A DNA stretch of 64,000 nucleotides from Blasia pusilla (lineage: Eukaryota), in NCBI GenBank assembly GCA_050084515.1, contig CM114271.1, positions 3,038,001 to 3,102,000 on the forward strand, read 5' to 3'. The notes beneath the pieces were generated by a model, which searched no databases, was not told the DNA's origin, and saw nothing but the letters and a program-made list of their open reading frames with translations. Shown here piece by piece: positions 1-9,959 of the stretch (the stretch's first letter is position 1; each line of letters starts with the position of its first letter). Position numbers and translations under genes: made by a program.

Positions 1-125
1 TGACACTTACTTGCAAGTAGAGCTTTTATTCACATTCATAGGGATCTTGAAGCGTGAATGGGCAATATGTCCTCCATCTAACAATAGAGCAGCAATTTGG
101 GATGATACTACGACCAAAGGTATAC
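1..125 (-). pseudogene. Helitron PIF1-like helicase fragment, continuing the Helitron at 17388+ across the copia insertion
   Basis: Minus strand reads IPLVVVSSQIAALLLDGGHIAHSRFKIPMNVNKSSTC, matching the PIF1 ASSGIAALLLxGGRTAHSRFKIP motif. It joins in frame to STYLYNLFLASVRSARG on the other side of the copia element. Confidence 0.9.
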
Positions 126-554
126 TGTTGGATTCTCAACATCCACTTCGCTAAGCACCATTAATCTGATCGGCCCGCTTGTATGAGGAGAAGCCTAGAT
201 TGATGGTTCCGACTTAGACGTTGAAGGAGTCATAGTAATATGACGTAGATGGTTTCTGGAGTAGTGTTACTAGGATTATCTAACCCTACATTGTATCAGG
301 TTACCCGCACCCTGATGCAATAAAGCGTTAGATAATCTTAGTAACGAAATGAAGAAAAGTAGGTAAAAAACCCTAGTTTCCCGAGTAGTGAAAGAGTCGG
401 GAGTCGCAACGGTAGCGCATTCTCGTATGCCAAGTTATCTCCATGTTCAGGTTCCATCGAAGCTCTTCTATGAGCGCACGGACGGACTAGGCCACTTTGT
501 ATCTCTAAGTTTTGTAAATATTTCAGTGATTTCATCATTTTATGTTTTCTCACA
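126..554 (+). repeat. 5' LTR of copia element
   Basis: TGTTGGATTCTCAAC...TTTTCTCACA, homologous to 16985-17387. Confidence 0.96.
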
Positions 555-566
555 TGGTATCAGAGC
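555..566 (+). promoter_or_regulatory. Primer-binding site (tRNA-iMet)
   Basis: TGGTATCAGAGC directly after the 5' LTR. Confidence 0.95.
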
Positions 567-626
567 ATGAGGTTTTCCAATATTTTGTATATGGCGATCT
601 AGTGTGTTTGCACGAAATCTTGAGAG

Positions 627-1945
627 ATGGCTACTTCTTCATCAGTTTGTGCTCGCCCTCCTCCGCTTGATGAAGGGAAGTTACATGGGTCTAACTATCT
701 ATTTTGGAAGTTCAAAATGAGGACTGTCCTCGAATCATTTGAGATCTAGGAGACAGCCACAAGGGATTGATTCGAATTCACAAGCTACTTTGAGTTCTGC
801 ATATTCATCTTCATCTGGTGATATCGATCTTATTGTAATGCTCGCATGGAAACGCAGAAACGTGGATACTCTATATGCGATTGTCACAAATGTAACTCTT
901 TATGTCATGACTCTCATTAAAAATACGACCACTGTTACTGAGGCGTGGAACATTTTGAAGAATCAGTATGAAATGAGGACTGAGACTGGGATTCAAAATC
1001 TGGAGAATCAACTTACATCCAAGAAATTTTCAGAAGGAGAAAGGGCGGAGCAATTTTTTACAAGGATCAAGAATCTTCAAGATCAGATGGCGTCCGTAGG
1101 AATTTAAAAGTCTAGCGAAGATTTGGCACGTCGGTGCATAAGGATTTTGCCTCCAAGGTATGACAATTTGGTCACTGCATTGAAGACTCAAGTAGGACCC
1201 ATGCCACTTACTTTTGAACAATTTAGTGCAATGTTGATAGAAGAGGAAATGGGCTTCAAAGCAAGAGAGTGATGGGGTGATGCACCATTTGCTGCCAACG
1301 TACAGAGAGGTAGAAATCAGGATTACAGTGCAAATGTCAAGAAAAAATTTCCAAGGAAATCCTTCAAATGCTTTTATTGTGGTAAGCTATGTCATCTTAT
1401 CAAAGATTTTAGAAAGAGGAGTGAGGATGAGAAGAATGGTTGTTTAAGACCTAAGAAGGAGTCTGGAAATTCTGTAGAACTAGGAGAACATGAAATAGAT
1501 GCTTGCGTAGCAATCGAAGAGTTTTGCACACAGCCCGAACATTCCACTAAATCAAAGAGTGAAGATAAGGATTGGTATAGCTCCTTACAACCTCTATAGG
1601 AGCCCATTGTTATTACTGTTGGAAATAATGTAAAGTGCCCTATAGAAGGGAAAGGCATAATTTCTTTAGTCTCACAAAAAGGAGATGAAAAGAAGTTAAC
1701 TGATATACTATACGTACCAGAGTTGAAGCGGAATTAGATTTCAGTAGCAGTATTATGTGATTGTGACCTAGAAGTTTGTTTCAAGAAAATAGAAGTTGTC
1801 ATTGAGGATGCCAATGGGAAAGTAGTGGGTGAAGGTATACGACGTAGAAATATGTACGAGTTGTATGCTTTCACGACAAGTGTAGGTACAAATCTTAGTA
1901 GCCGTAAGATGTGGCATGAAAGAATTGTTCACCTAAGCTTTCCTT
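627..1945 (+). pseudogene. Copia gag, zinc knuckle and GAG-pre-integrase (5' part of polyprotein)
   Basis: NYLFWKFKMRTVL, EAWNILKNQY, knuckle CFYCGKLCHLIKDF and WHERIVHLSF. Several stops and frameshifts. Confidence 0.9.
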
Positions 1946-2728
1946 GGGGGCTGGTATTTTGGCAGGAGAGAGTAAGAGAGGAGAGGAAGAGAGGAAGAGA
2001 GGAGAGTCTCTCTTCAAAAAAAAGGGCCAAATCCGCCTCCTCTCTTCAAAACTTTTTGATAGATTTGAAATTTTCGTTTGCTTTCAAATTCAGGAAATCT
2101 TTAGAAGAGAGTAGGTAGTGGTCAACATTTGGCCCTAAAAAAAAAGAAAAAAAAAAGTAGACATCATAAGACCACTACAAACTTTTTTCCATCACTCTCC
2201 ATGTGAGCCTAAGTTTCTTAACATTACCTGTCTCGGTCTACAAAAAGCAATGCCCATGGGTATTTTTGTTGGAGGACCACCCGGATGCCAACCTCTCTTT
2301 TTGCAAGGATTGTTTGCATCATGGCCTCCTGAATTTCCCCATAACCAACTTTTTGGTTATGAATGGTGTCTGCTCAAGACCAACTTTGTGAAATGTGAAC
2401 ACATGAGAGGATAATTGAACCAAAAGATTGTTAGTATGCTGGAGTAAAGAGGAACTGATGTCCCTTCATTCAGATCCTAAAGCTGAGAAACCGAGAAGTG
2501 CACCTCCCAACCCGTAAGAAAGCTCACCATAAGAAAGGAAAGATTTTTAGAAGTGATTTTCTTCCACGCACCCACAAAAATCTAACAAGTTGGGAATCGA
2601 AATGGCAACGAGGTAGTAGGAATCTGCACATCTTAGACAAGAAAAGAAGCCTACAACTAGTTTGACGAATGAAGGGGAATGAGCCAAAAGTTAAGAAGCC
2701 CGCCACAATGCGTCAGAAGTTGGTCTCA

Positions 2729-3680
2729 CAGGGAAAGAGTCCGATCACTCAAGCAACCAACCTGTCGGAATCGGACAACTTGCCTGGAAATGGTTAAAAA
2801 GTTGCAGTGGGCAAAAAGCAAAAAGTTGCAACCCGTCGGAATCATACGGGTTGCAAAATTGTAATTCTGAGTAGCTAAAAGAACACAATCCACAAGTCCA
2901 AAAAAATATTCCAGCAAACTTTTACAAACACCATTATGGGTTGAAAAAATCTCGTCCTTTATTACCTCCAAAGGAACCTCGGAAATGTACATTTGACCTA
3001 GTCTATGATTTCTTCAGCCTTGTCATGTACAAATTTACTCCTAAGGTGTGATACCAAAGGAATGTCCTGGGATACAAGTGGCTCCTCGGCCGATTGTAGA
3101 CGGGGATCAAAATGTTGGCGAGTCGAGAGCCTTGGCCCCCCCAAACGCCATAACGGTCCCATGTAACCTGATTTGAGTCCCCACCGCCTTCCTCGAGATA
3201 CCTTGTACGCTCTACAATGTGACACCCATCCAAGTATCAATATGTGCTCTGTCCTTGGTAATACCATTATGGCAATCGCACAGGTAGTAGGAATCCAACA
3301 CGTATGAGAGAAGAAAAGAAGCCTACGCCTGCCTTTACGAGTTGAGGGGAAGGTGCCAAGGGAAGAAGCCCCCGAGACTGCCTCTTAAGTTGGACCAATA
3401 GGGAAAGAGTCCGATCAGGAAACCTCTCGGAATCCGACACGTTGCTTGGAAGTGGTAAAAAGGTGTTGTCGTCAAAAAGTGAAAACTTGCAAGCAGGAGA
3501 AATCCGACGGTTTGCAAAATAGAAGTCCGCGGAGTTCATAGACAATCACATTCGAAAAGACATAAAAAATGTTCAACAAACTTTTACAAGCACCACCATC
3601 ATTCGAAAAAATCATCTCCTTTATATCATCCGAAAAAAGCTCGGAACTGTACATTTGATCTATTCTATGAAATCTTTTGC
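2729..3680. repeat. Diverged ~280-bp direct duplication (about 2730-3020 and 3400-3680), each copy with two palindrome units
   Basis: Shared AGGGAAAGAGTCCGATCA, CAAACTTTTACAA, GAAAAAATC and TGTACATTTGA blocks. Confidence 0.8.
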
Positions 3681-4365
3681 CTCATCATTAAATAGCTCCC
3701 TACTCCAAACGCTGCAGTCAAGCTGGGTCCTTGAGTTCTTTGAACTCACTCGTCATCGTCCGAGAGCTCTTGCAAAATTACTTTCGGCCTTGCCCTCACG
3801 ATTTTCAGAATCATTGGAAGTGACGATGGAGTCACTACCAATGGTGGGTCTTGATCCGGAGCTCTCAGCTTTGGTGGAGAGTTGTACGCCCCAACGAGCC
3901 TTTCGTATTCTGCCTTTGCCTCCTTGCAAAGGTCAAACAGTTCTTGCCTTCCTCGAGGCGAGAGAATGTTCTCGGCACACTGCCAGCGCCTTTGATACTT
4001 GCCCCTGAAAGTCCCACTAAGTCAAACACCAAGTCACCCGGCCTTGAGCAGAGCTCGATGAGCGTTTGCATCAAGGATGGCGACTTTTCCCTTCCTCCCA
4101 GAAGTGGGGTACCGTCTTGCATGTAAATTCCTGGGGGGGAAATTATACAAACTATCTAAGCTGCACCCATCTGAGCATGGATCCACAGGATCCTGGATCT
4201 TGAACACCTGGAAATTATGCTCGGGCCGAACAGCAGTAAATGTAGGAGTGGTCCATCTGTAAAGAACCACGTTGGAAACAATGTCAGCAACTTGGCATAA
4301 TGTGCAACAAGTCATCAAAGAAGTCGGCTTGACCCTAGAGAACTTTTTTCAATTACTAACTTTGG

Positions 4366-4733
4366 AGCAACCTGTCGGAGTCCGACGGGTTGTTTGTCCC
4401 TGACCAACCAGTCGGAAGGCGACGGGTTGGTCAAGGACGGGTTGGCTGGCCTAGAGCAACCCGTCACTTTCCCACGGGTTGCAGCTTTCCAGAAACACAA
4501 GGAAAAACCAAAAGCAACTGAAACCCGTCTGGTTCTGACGGGTTGCAGCTACACCATGGTTTTCCCTGTGTTTCACGGAAAGATGCAACCCGTCGGGTTC
4601 CGATGGTTGCAGGTACACCACGGTTTTCCCTGTGTTTCTGGAAAAGATTCAACCCGTCGGAAACCGACGGGTTGCTCTTAGCCGAGCATGGGCTGCTCTA
4701 AGCCAGCAACCCGTCGCCTTCCGACGGGTTGCT
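4366..4733. repeat. Array of ~7 palindromic 27-bp units in predicted intron 3 of the ParB-MTase gene
   Basis: For example GCAACCCGTCGCCTTCCGACGGGTTGC and CAACCCGTCGGAAACCGACGGGTTGC, mostly 55-65 bp apart. Confidence 0.92.
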
Positions 4734-6799
4734 CACGGACAAAAACATCAGAGATATACTATCTGAAATTCACACGCACTGAGATTATACTACAGGAATT
4801 GAGCCTTACCCGAATCTCACTCGTCGCGGATCGGAGTGGGTACTTGTTTTTTATGATCCACAATTGCGCCGTCCTCCACTTTAGCGACCTCTTGACACAC
4901 AGGAGGTTGAAGAGCTCGTCCTCGCTCCCTCCAGTCAACACTAAGAATTCACTCGATGATAGGCGCCGCAAAGAAAGGAGAACAATAGCGCGATTTGGTC
5001 ATAAGAAGAGCGGCACATTCGATCAAGTACCCGTCCGACGGATTCTTGCCCCCGATCGCAACCAGCGGGCGAGGGCAGATCAGCCATCAAGAGATCCACC
5101 GCAACCTCTTCGACCACTCCATTCACCGTCCAGGCATCATGCGTGTTTCGTTGGAGCTTCCGTCCCAACGTTGACAAGCGTCCTCCTTCAGTTCACTCCT
5201 TTACTGGATGAAGGAGTGAACTAAAGGAGGACGCTTGTCCGGGTCGTTGTTTGTCATGTCTTCCCAAGGATGATGGATGTATTCTCCTTGGGACAACATT
5301 GGCACCTCTCGCTTCCGCTTCTCCCGAGTCATGACGGGACGGCTTGTCGGGGTCTCTATGAAGACTATGGTGGGGTTTTTTTCGCCGAGGACCTGGTCCG
5401 ACCCTCTCTCCCCGCTCGCCCAGACGATTCCGCCTCTGGCCTTGAATCTTCAGCCTCTCTTTGGGAAGACTTGGCCTCGGAATTTTTCCCTCCCCTCCCC
5501 TTGCCTTTGAGACCATTTGTGGATTTGTCTTTGGTGTGCGGACCTTGAAGCCAACTTATCTCGTGGGCTTGCTCTTCCGCATCTCCTCCTCGAAGTCTTG
5601 AGTTGCACAAAATTGGGGATGTCGATTCAGCATCATGAAGCACTCATAAATCCTTATTAGTGATGTCTTCAGGGTCGTTGAAGTCAAGCCAAATGGGGCA
5701 ATTCTCCACCTCCCAATCGGACATGTGAAGCCCCATCTCCATGTCGTACATGGAGAATGTCTCTCCATGAGGCGGCGAAGCCCACAATTTCAAGGCTTCC
5801 GGTAAATTTCCCAGTGTACTGCATTCTTACTTTGGACAAGGTACCAAGACCATACGTTAGGCGCTTTTACTCGAATGAATCGGCCGTCTGCAAAATCTGA
5901 GATCTCGCTTCTTCTTTGCTTGATCCCGTTTGTTCCCCTCGATTTCTTTGTTAAGCATCGAGGGAGGACGCAAACCTTGAACATTGTCTTGAATCCTGGG
6001 GTTTTGATTGGCTTGTCCCGGATGTCTTCGAGCCAAACCTCAAAATCTACAGAACTTTCAAGGTTTGCTTCATCCGGAATGGGCTCTTATCTTTTGAGCT
6101 CCGCTTGCATCATCTAGCACGGACTTCCGATAACCCACAATGGTGGGAGATCATCGATTGGACACACCAGAGGATGGTGTGCCGCCCTCTTCTGGGCCTT
6201 TGTGCCCTCGAGACTGATTTTCATCAGTCGGATCCTCCTAAATTCGCTTATGCAGGAAAACGCAAACCGATGCACGCGATCCAGGGACACTTTCTCCCCA
6301 ATCCGACCTTGCGGATCTTCATCCCTTTTCCGCTCGCGCTTGATAATCGCCTTTAGCTCCTTGTAAAACTCCTGATCAAGTTTGGGGTTGAGAATGCTGA
6401 TGTATCGCTGCATCTTGCTCGCCATGTATTTCGTGGCTGCAGATACTGCAGCTTGGATGAATTCCGCGCGCTTAGACCCTAATACTTTCTCCCTCCGCTC
6501 CAACTCCAGTGCATCGCTCTTCTTCGCGGCCTATATCTTCGACCAGCAAAGGATGGTTACGGCTGCATCTTGGGAAATAAACTTATTTGCCCAAGTTTTC
6601 TTCTTTATCTATGCATCCTTTGCAAGCATCTGATTTACCAGGGCGTCGCCCAAGAACCCCTTGTACTCTTCCGGGTGCGTCGTAAGCACCTTCTTCACCC
6701 GATCGCAGTCTGGGATCCAATGGTGGGTGACATTCCCCTCCGATACAATCCTGCACATCCAAACTCAATCCGTCAGAAAAGTTTTAAGTTACATGGGTT

Positions 6800-7448
6800 C
6801 CTGCAACCCGTCGGATTCTAGCAACGAGCTAAATGATGCAACCCGTCGAAGTCCGATGGATTGCATTCACATTTGTGAATGCCTGGTTTCAACCCGTTGG
6901 ACTCCGACGGGTTGTCAGATATTCCGTATCAAATGTGAACATAGGAACCCGTTGGAGTCCGAGAGGTTGCGCAATTGAATGGAAACTTGCAATTTGACAC
7001 GAAATTTGCTAAACCAACTTCCGAAGACAACCCGTTGGACTCTGACGAGTTGCTTTCAGCCAAAAACATAAAAAAAACCTCCAAACAGTTTCGAGTCAAG
7101 CAACCCGTTGAACTCCGACGGGTTGCTTTGGGCCAAAAACATACTAAACATGTGGTCAGTCGAACAACTGGTCGGAGTCCAACGAGTTGCTTTCTTCAAA
7201 AAACATCTTGAAAAGGCGGCGATTCGAGCAACCCGTCGGACTTGGACGGGTTGCTTTGGGCCAAAAACTTACTAAACCTGTGGTCAGTCGAACAACTCGT
7301 CGGAGTCCGACGAGTTGCTTTTGGCAAAAAATTACCTAACCCATTCATCAATCGAGCAACTCGTCGGAGTCCGACGAGTTGCGTTTGGCCAAAAGCATCC
7401 CAACAACAAGGCAGACCCAAACAACTTGTCGGAGTCCGACGGTTTGCA
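6800..7448. repeat. Array of ~11 palindromic units in predicted intron 2
   Basis: For example GCAACTCGTCGGAGTCCGACGAGTTGC, about 64-bp period in the right half. Confidence 0.92.
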
Positions 7449-8919
7449 GCAAGAAGATACTTACGTGTTCATGGCATGCATTGCCATCTCCATCGTTGCC
7501 ATGTGATGAGGGAATGGATGAAGGACCACTGCCTTCACGCAAAAATGTGCCTCCAAGGAGTTGGGCCGCTCCTCTGCAAACTTGGTCCATGCCATGAACC
7601 TGTGATTTCCATCCCAGATGAAGAAATACAGATTCCTCATCTTGCTGAATTCTATGCCTTGTACTTGCCTTCTGAAATCCTGGTCTCTCATCCTCCGGAA
7701 TGTGTCGAGCTTATCCAAGTCCTCCTCCGTAACCAGGGCTTGGGTTCCATGCTCGTCGTAAGGCTGAACATAGAAGGGAGGAAAGTTGTTGACGTAGGAT
7801 GCTGTCGCCGCCGATTGTTTAAGCTTCGCGATGTCCTCGTCGGACTGAATTTCGCGGACGTATTCCATTGTCCGCAATCGGCAGAGTGGAATCCTCGGGG
7901 CGTTGTGGCCCTCCATCAGTGCCATCTGCATTACCACTTGTCAGAACCGGGACAAGATCAATAAGCTACACTGAATTCCCAATGAATTGCAATTCACATA
8001 ATTCAAAAAACCCAGATCCTCTCTTACCCGCTCGAAAATTGGGTCCGTTTCTTGCCCAGCCAACTTGTCTGAGACGGCAGCTGGCAAATCGACTGGGAAC
8101 TCGTTGATGCGATAGAGGTCGATGTCTTCCGCCGGGCTTGGAGACGAGAATGACCACTCTCCGGCTTCTTCGGCAATATCCACCATCTCCACGCTGGCGG
8201 TCCTCATGACCTCATCGTCCGTGATTTGAACTTTTGGCGTTTCCGCTATGTTGATTGTGTCCCCGGACTTCATCGGGGACATTTCCCGCATCTCAACACT
8301 TTCGGTTGGACGGGCAGGGCTGTCGTCAATGGCTTTCGCTTTTTCCCTCCTCGCTTTAGCCAATTCTACTCTCCTCACCGATGCGTCCAGACGCTTCTTT
8401 TCTCTCTTTTCGTCGGCGATCCTTTTCTTCAAGGCCTACGATGTCTCAGCCTCTGCATTCTGTCTATCGAGCGCCTCTTGAACACGTCTCGCAAGAAGCT
8501 CCTGGTTGTGCATCTCCGCTTCCCTTTCCTACTCCTTGATTTCCTACAGCCTAATTTCATTTGCCGAACAAGGCCCTGGAGATGCTGACTCAGGAGTCCT
8601 AATGGACTTCGGAGTGAAGCTCCCAGACTTGTTTGCTTGAGATTTTTTCCTCGTCATTTTTCCCGGAAATGCCTCCACCTATGTCCTCGATGAATCGCTT
8701 GATCAGTCGCCTTGCTGATGTCGAGATGAGTCGCCTTGATGGGAAGCTCGAATCGTCTTGCGATCGTTGAAAAGCCGAACCGTCTCGCTCTCGTTCCCTC
8801 GTATCGACTCGCGATGACTCGCCATGTGAAACGCCCCTTGGTATTTGATCAGCTGCTGCGCGGGAGAGAGAGGAATGGAGATCGCGAAATGAGAAACCGG
8901 AAATGAGCGATTTCAGCCC

Positions 8920-8927
8920 TATTTATA
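8920..8927 (-). promoter_or_regulatory. Candidate TATA box for the ParB-MTase gene
   Basis: TATAAATA on the minus strand, about 260 bp upstream of ATG 8657 and next to the central palindrome array. Confidence 0.5.
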
Positions 8928-9016
8928 CTTTTCTAGCCGTTGGGCTGACCGTTGGGTCCCGTCGTCCTTTTGACGGTGACGTGCCGACCGTTACGGAAGT
9001 CCGGACGTGAAAAATG

Positions 9017-9770
9017 GCAACCCGTTGGAGTCCAACAGGTTGCGCGCCTCGCCGTCCTGGGAAGATAACGCGAGGTGCGCCAGCAACCCGTCGGAGATCG
9101 ATGGGTTAAGCGCCTCCGCCGTCTTCGGACAAGAACGCGAGGTACCCGCGCAACCCGTCGGAGACCGACAGGTTGTGCGCCTTCGCCATCTTCGGACAAG
9201 AACAGGGCGTACCCGTGCAACCCGTCGGAGACCGACATGTTGCGCGCCTCCGCCGTCTTCGGGCATGAATGGGACGTACCCGTGCAATCCGTCGGAGACC
9301 GTTGGGTTGCACGCTTTTCTTGTCAAGGGTTAATTACGTGGGCTTTCCGCGCAACTCGTCGGAGCCTGACAGGTTGCACGCTTCCTTCATGTAAGCGAAA
9401 CAAGGCGAGGCCCTTGCGCAACCCGTTGGAGGGCGACGGGTTGCACGCCTCGCCGTCTTTGGGCAAATAGGTGCGGCACCCGCGGGACTCGTCGGGAACA
9501 GACGGTTTGCACGCTTCTTTCATGTAAGTGTTACACCGTGAGATAATTGGGCAACCCGTCTAATGCCGATGGGTTGCAAGCCTCCGGCATCTTCGGGCAA
9601 GAAGGATCGGTATCCGAGCAACTCGTCAGAGAGCGACGGGTTGCCAGCTTCGACCATGTTTGCGTTTGAAGGTAAGGCAGAAGCGTGCAACCCGTCCGAA
9701 GCCGACGGGTTGTAGGCTTCGCTTAGCTTGGGTTAATTGTTGAGTTACCAGGACTCCGACGGGTTCCAAA
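9017..9770. repeat. Central array of ~12 palindromic units between the divergent genes
   Basis: GCAACCCGTCGGAG..CGAC.GGTTG units at about 9017, 9083, 9149, 9216, 9283, 9350, 9417 and onward, a 66-67-bp period. Confidence 0.93.
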
Positions 9771-9959
9771 AAAATGAAGTGTGATTCGCAACCCATGTCT
9801 CTGCTTCCCAAATCTGGTAACACATTGCAACAGAATTGGATCCATTGTGTTAGACAATGTCACCTACCAAACTTCATCTTATCAGTAAAAATCTGTCAGG
9901 AGTGATGTTTTCCTATTCACTACAAATTAAAAATTCTCACTCTCAACAAAATTTTGGGA

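Larger units (their letters stand above)
3660..8657 (-). pseudogene. Spliced gene for a ParB/Srx-like domain plus beta-class N4C/N6A DNA methyltransferase-like protein. Exons about 8657-8028, 7925-7465, 6750-4810 and ~4291-3660.
   Basis: ParB-like RIPLCRL..VREI..DIAKLKQS...FFIWDGNHRFMAW. MTase-like VDLLMADLP, WRTAQLWIIK and REKSPSLMQTLIELCSRPGDLVFDLVGLSG. The first two introns are GT-AG with matching phases; the third acceptor is uncertain. The ORFs starting at 6503, 5984, 5768, 5516 and 5177 share one frame, broken only by stops. Confidence 0.8.

Noticed and set aside
7242-7964. 240-aa plus-strand ORF and other ORFs over the arrays (4394-4681, 8933-9470)
   Set aside because: Antisense shadows of the ParB exon, or products of stop-poor GC-rich repeats.
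9017-9770. CRISPR-like look: 27-bp palindromic repeat with ~40-bp spacers
   Set aside because: Spacers are related to each other (e.g. GCCTCCGCCGTCTTCGG recurs), repeats are degenerate, no cas genes are visible, and the context is a spliced eukaryotic TE.
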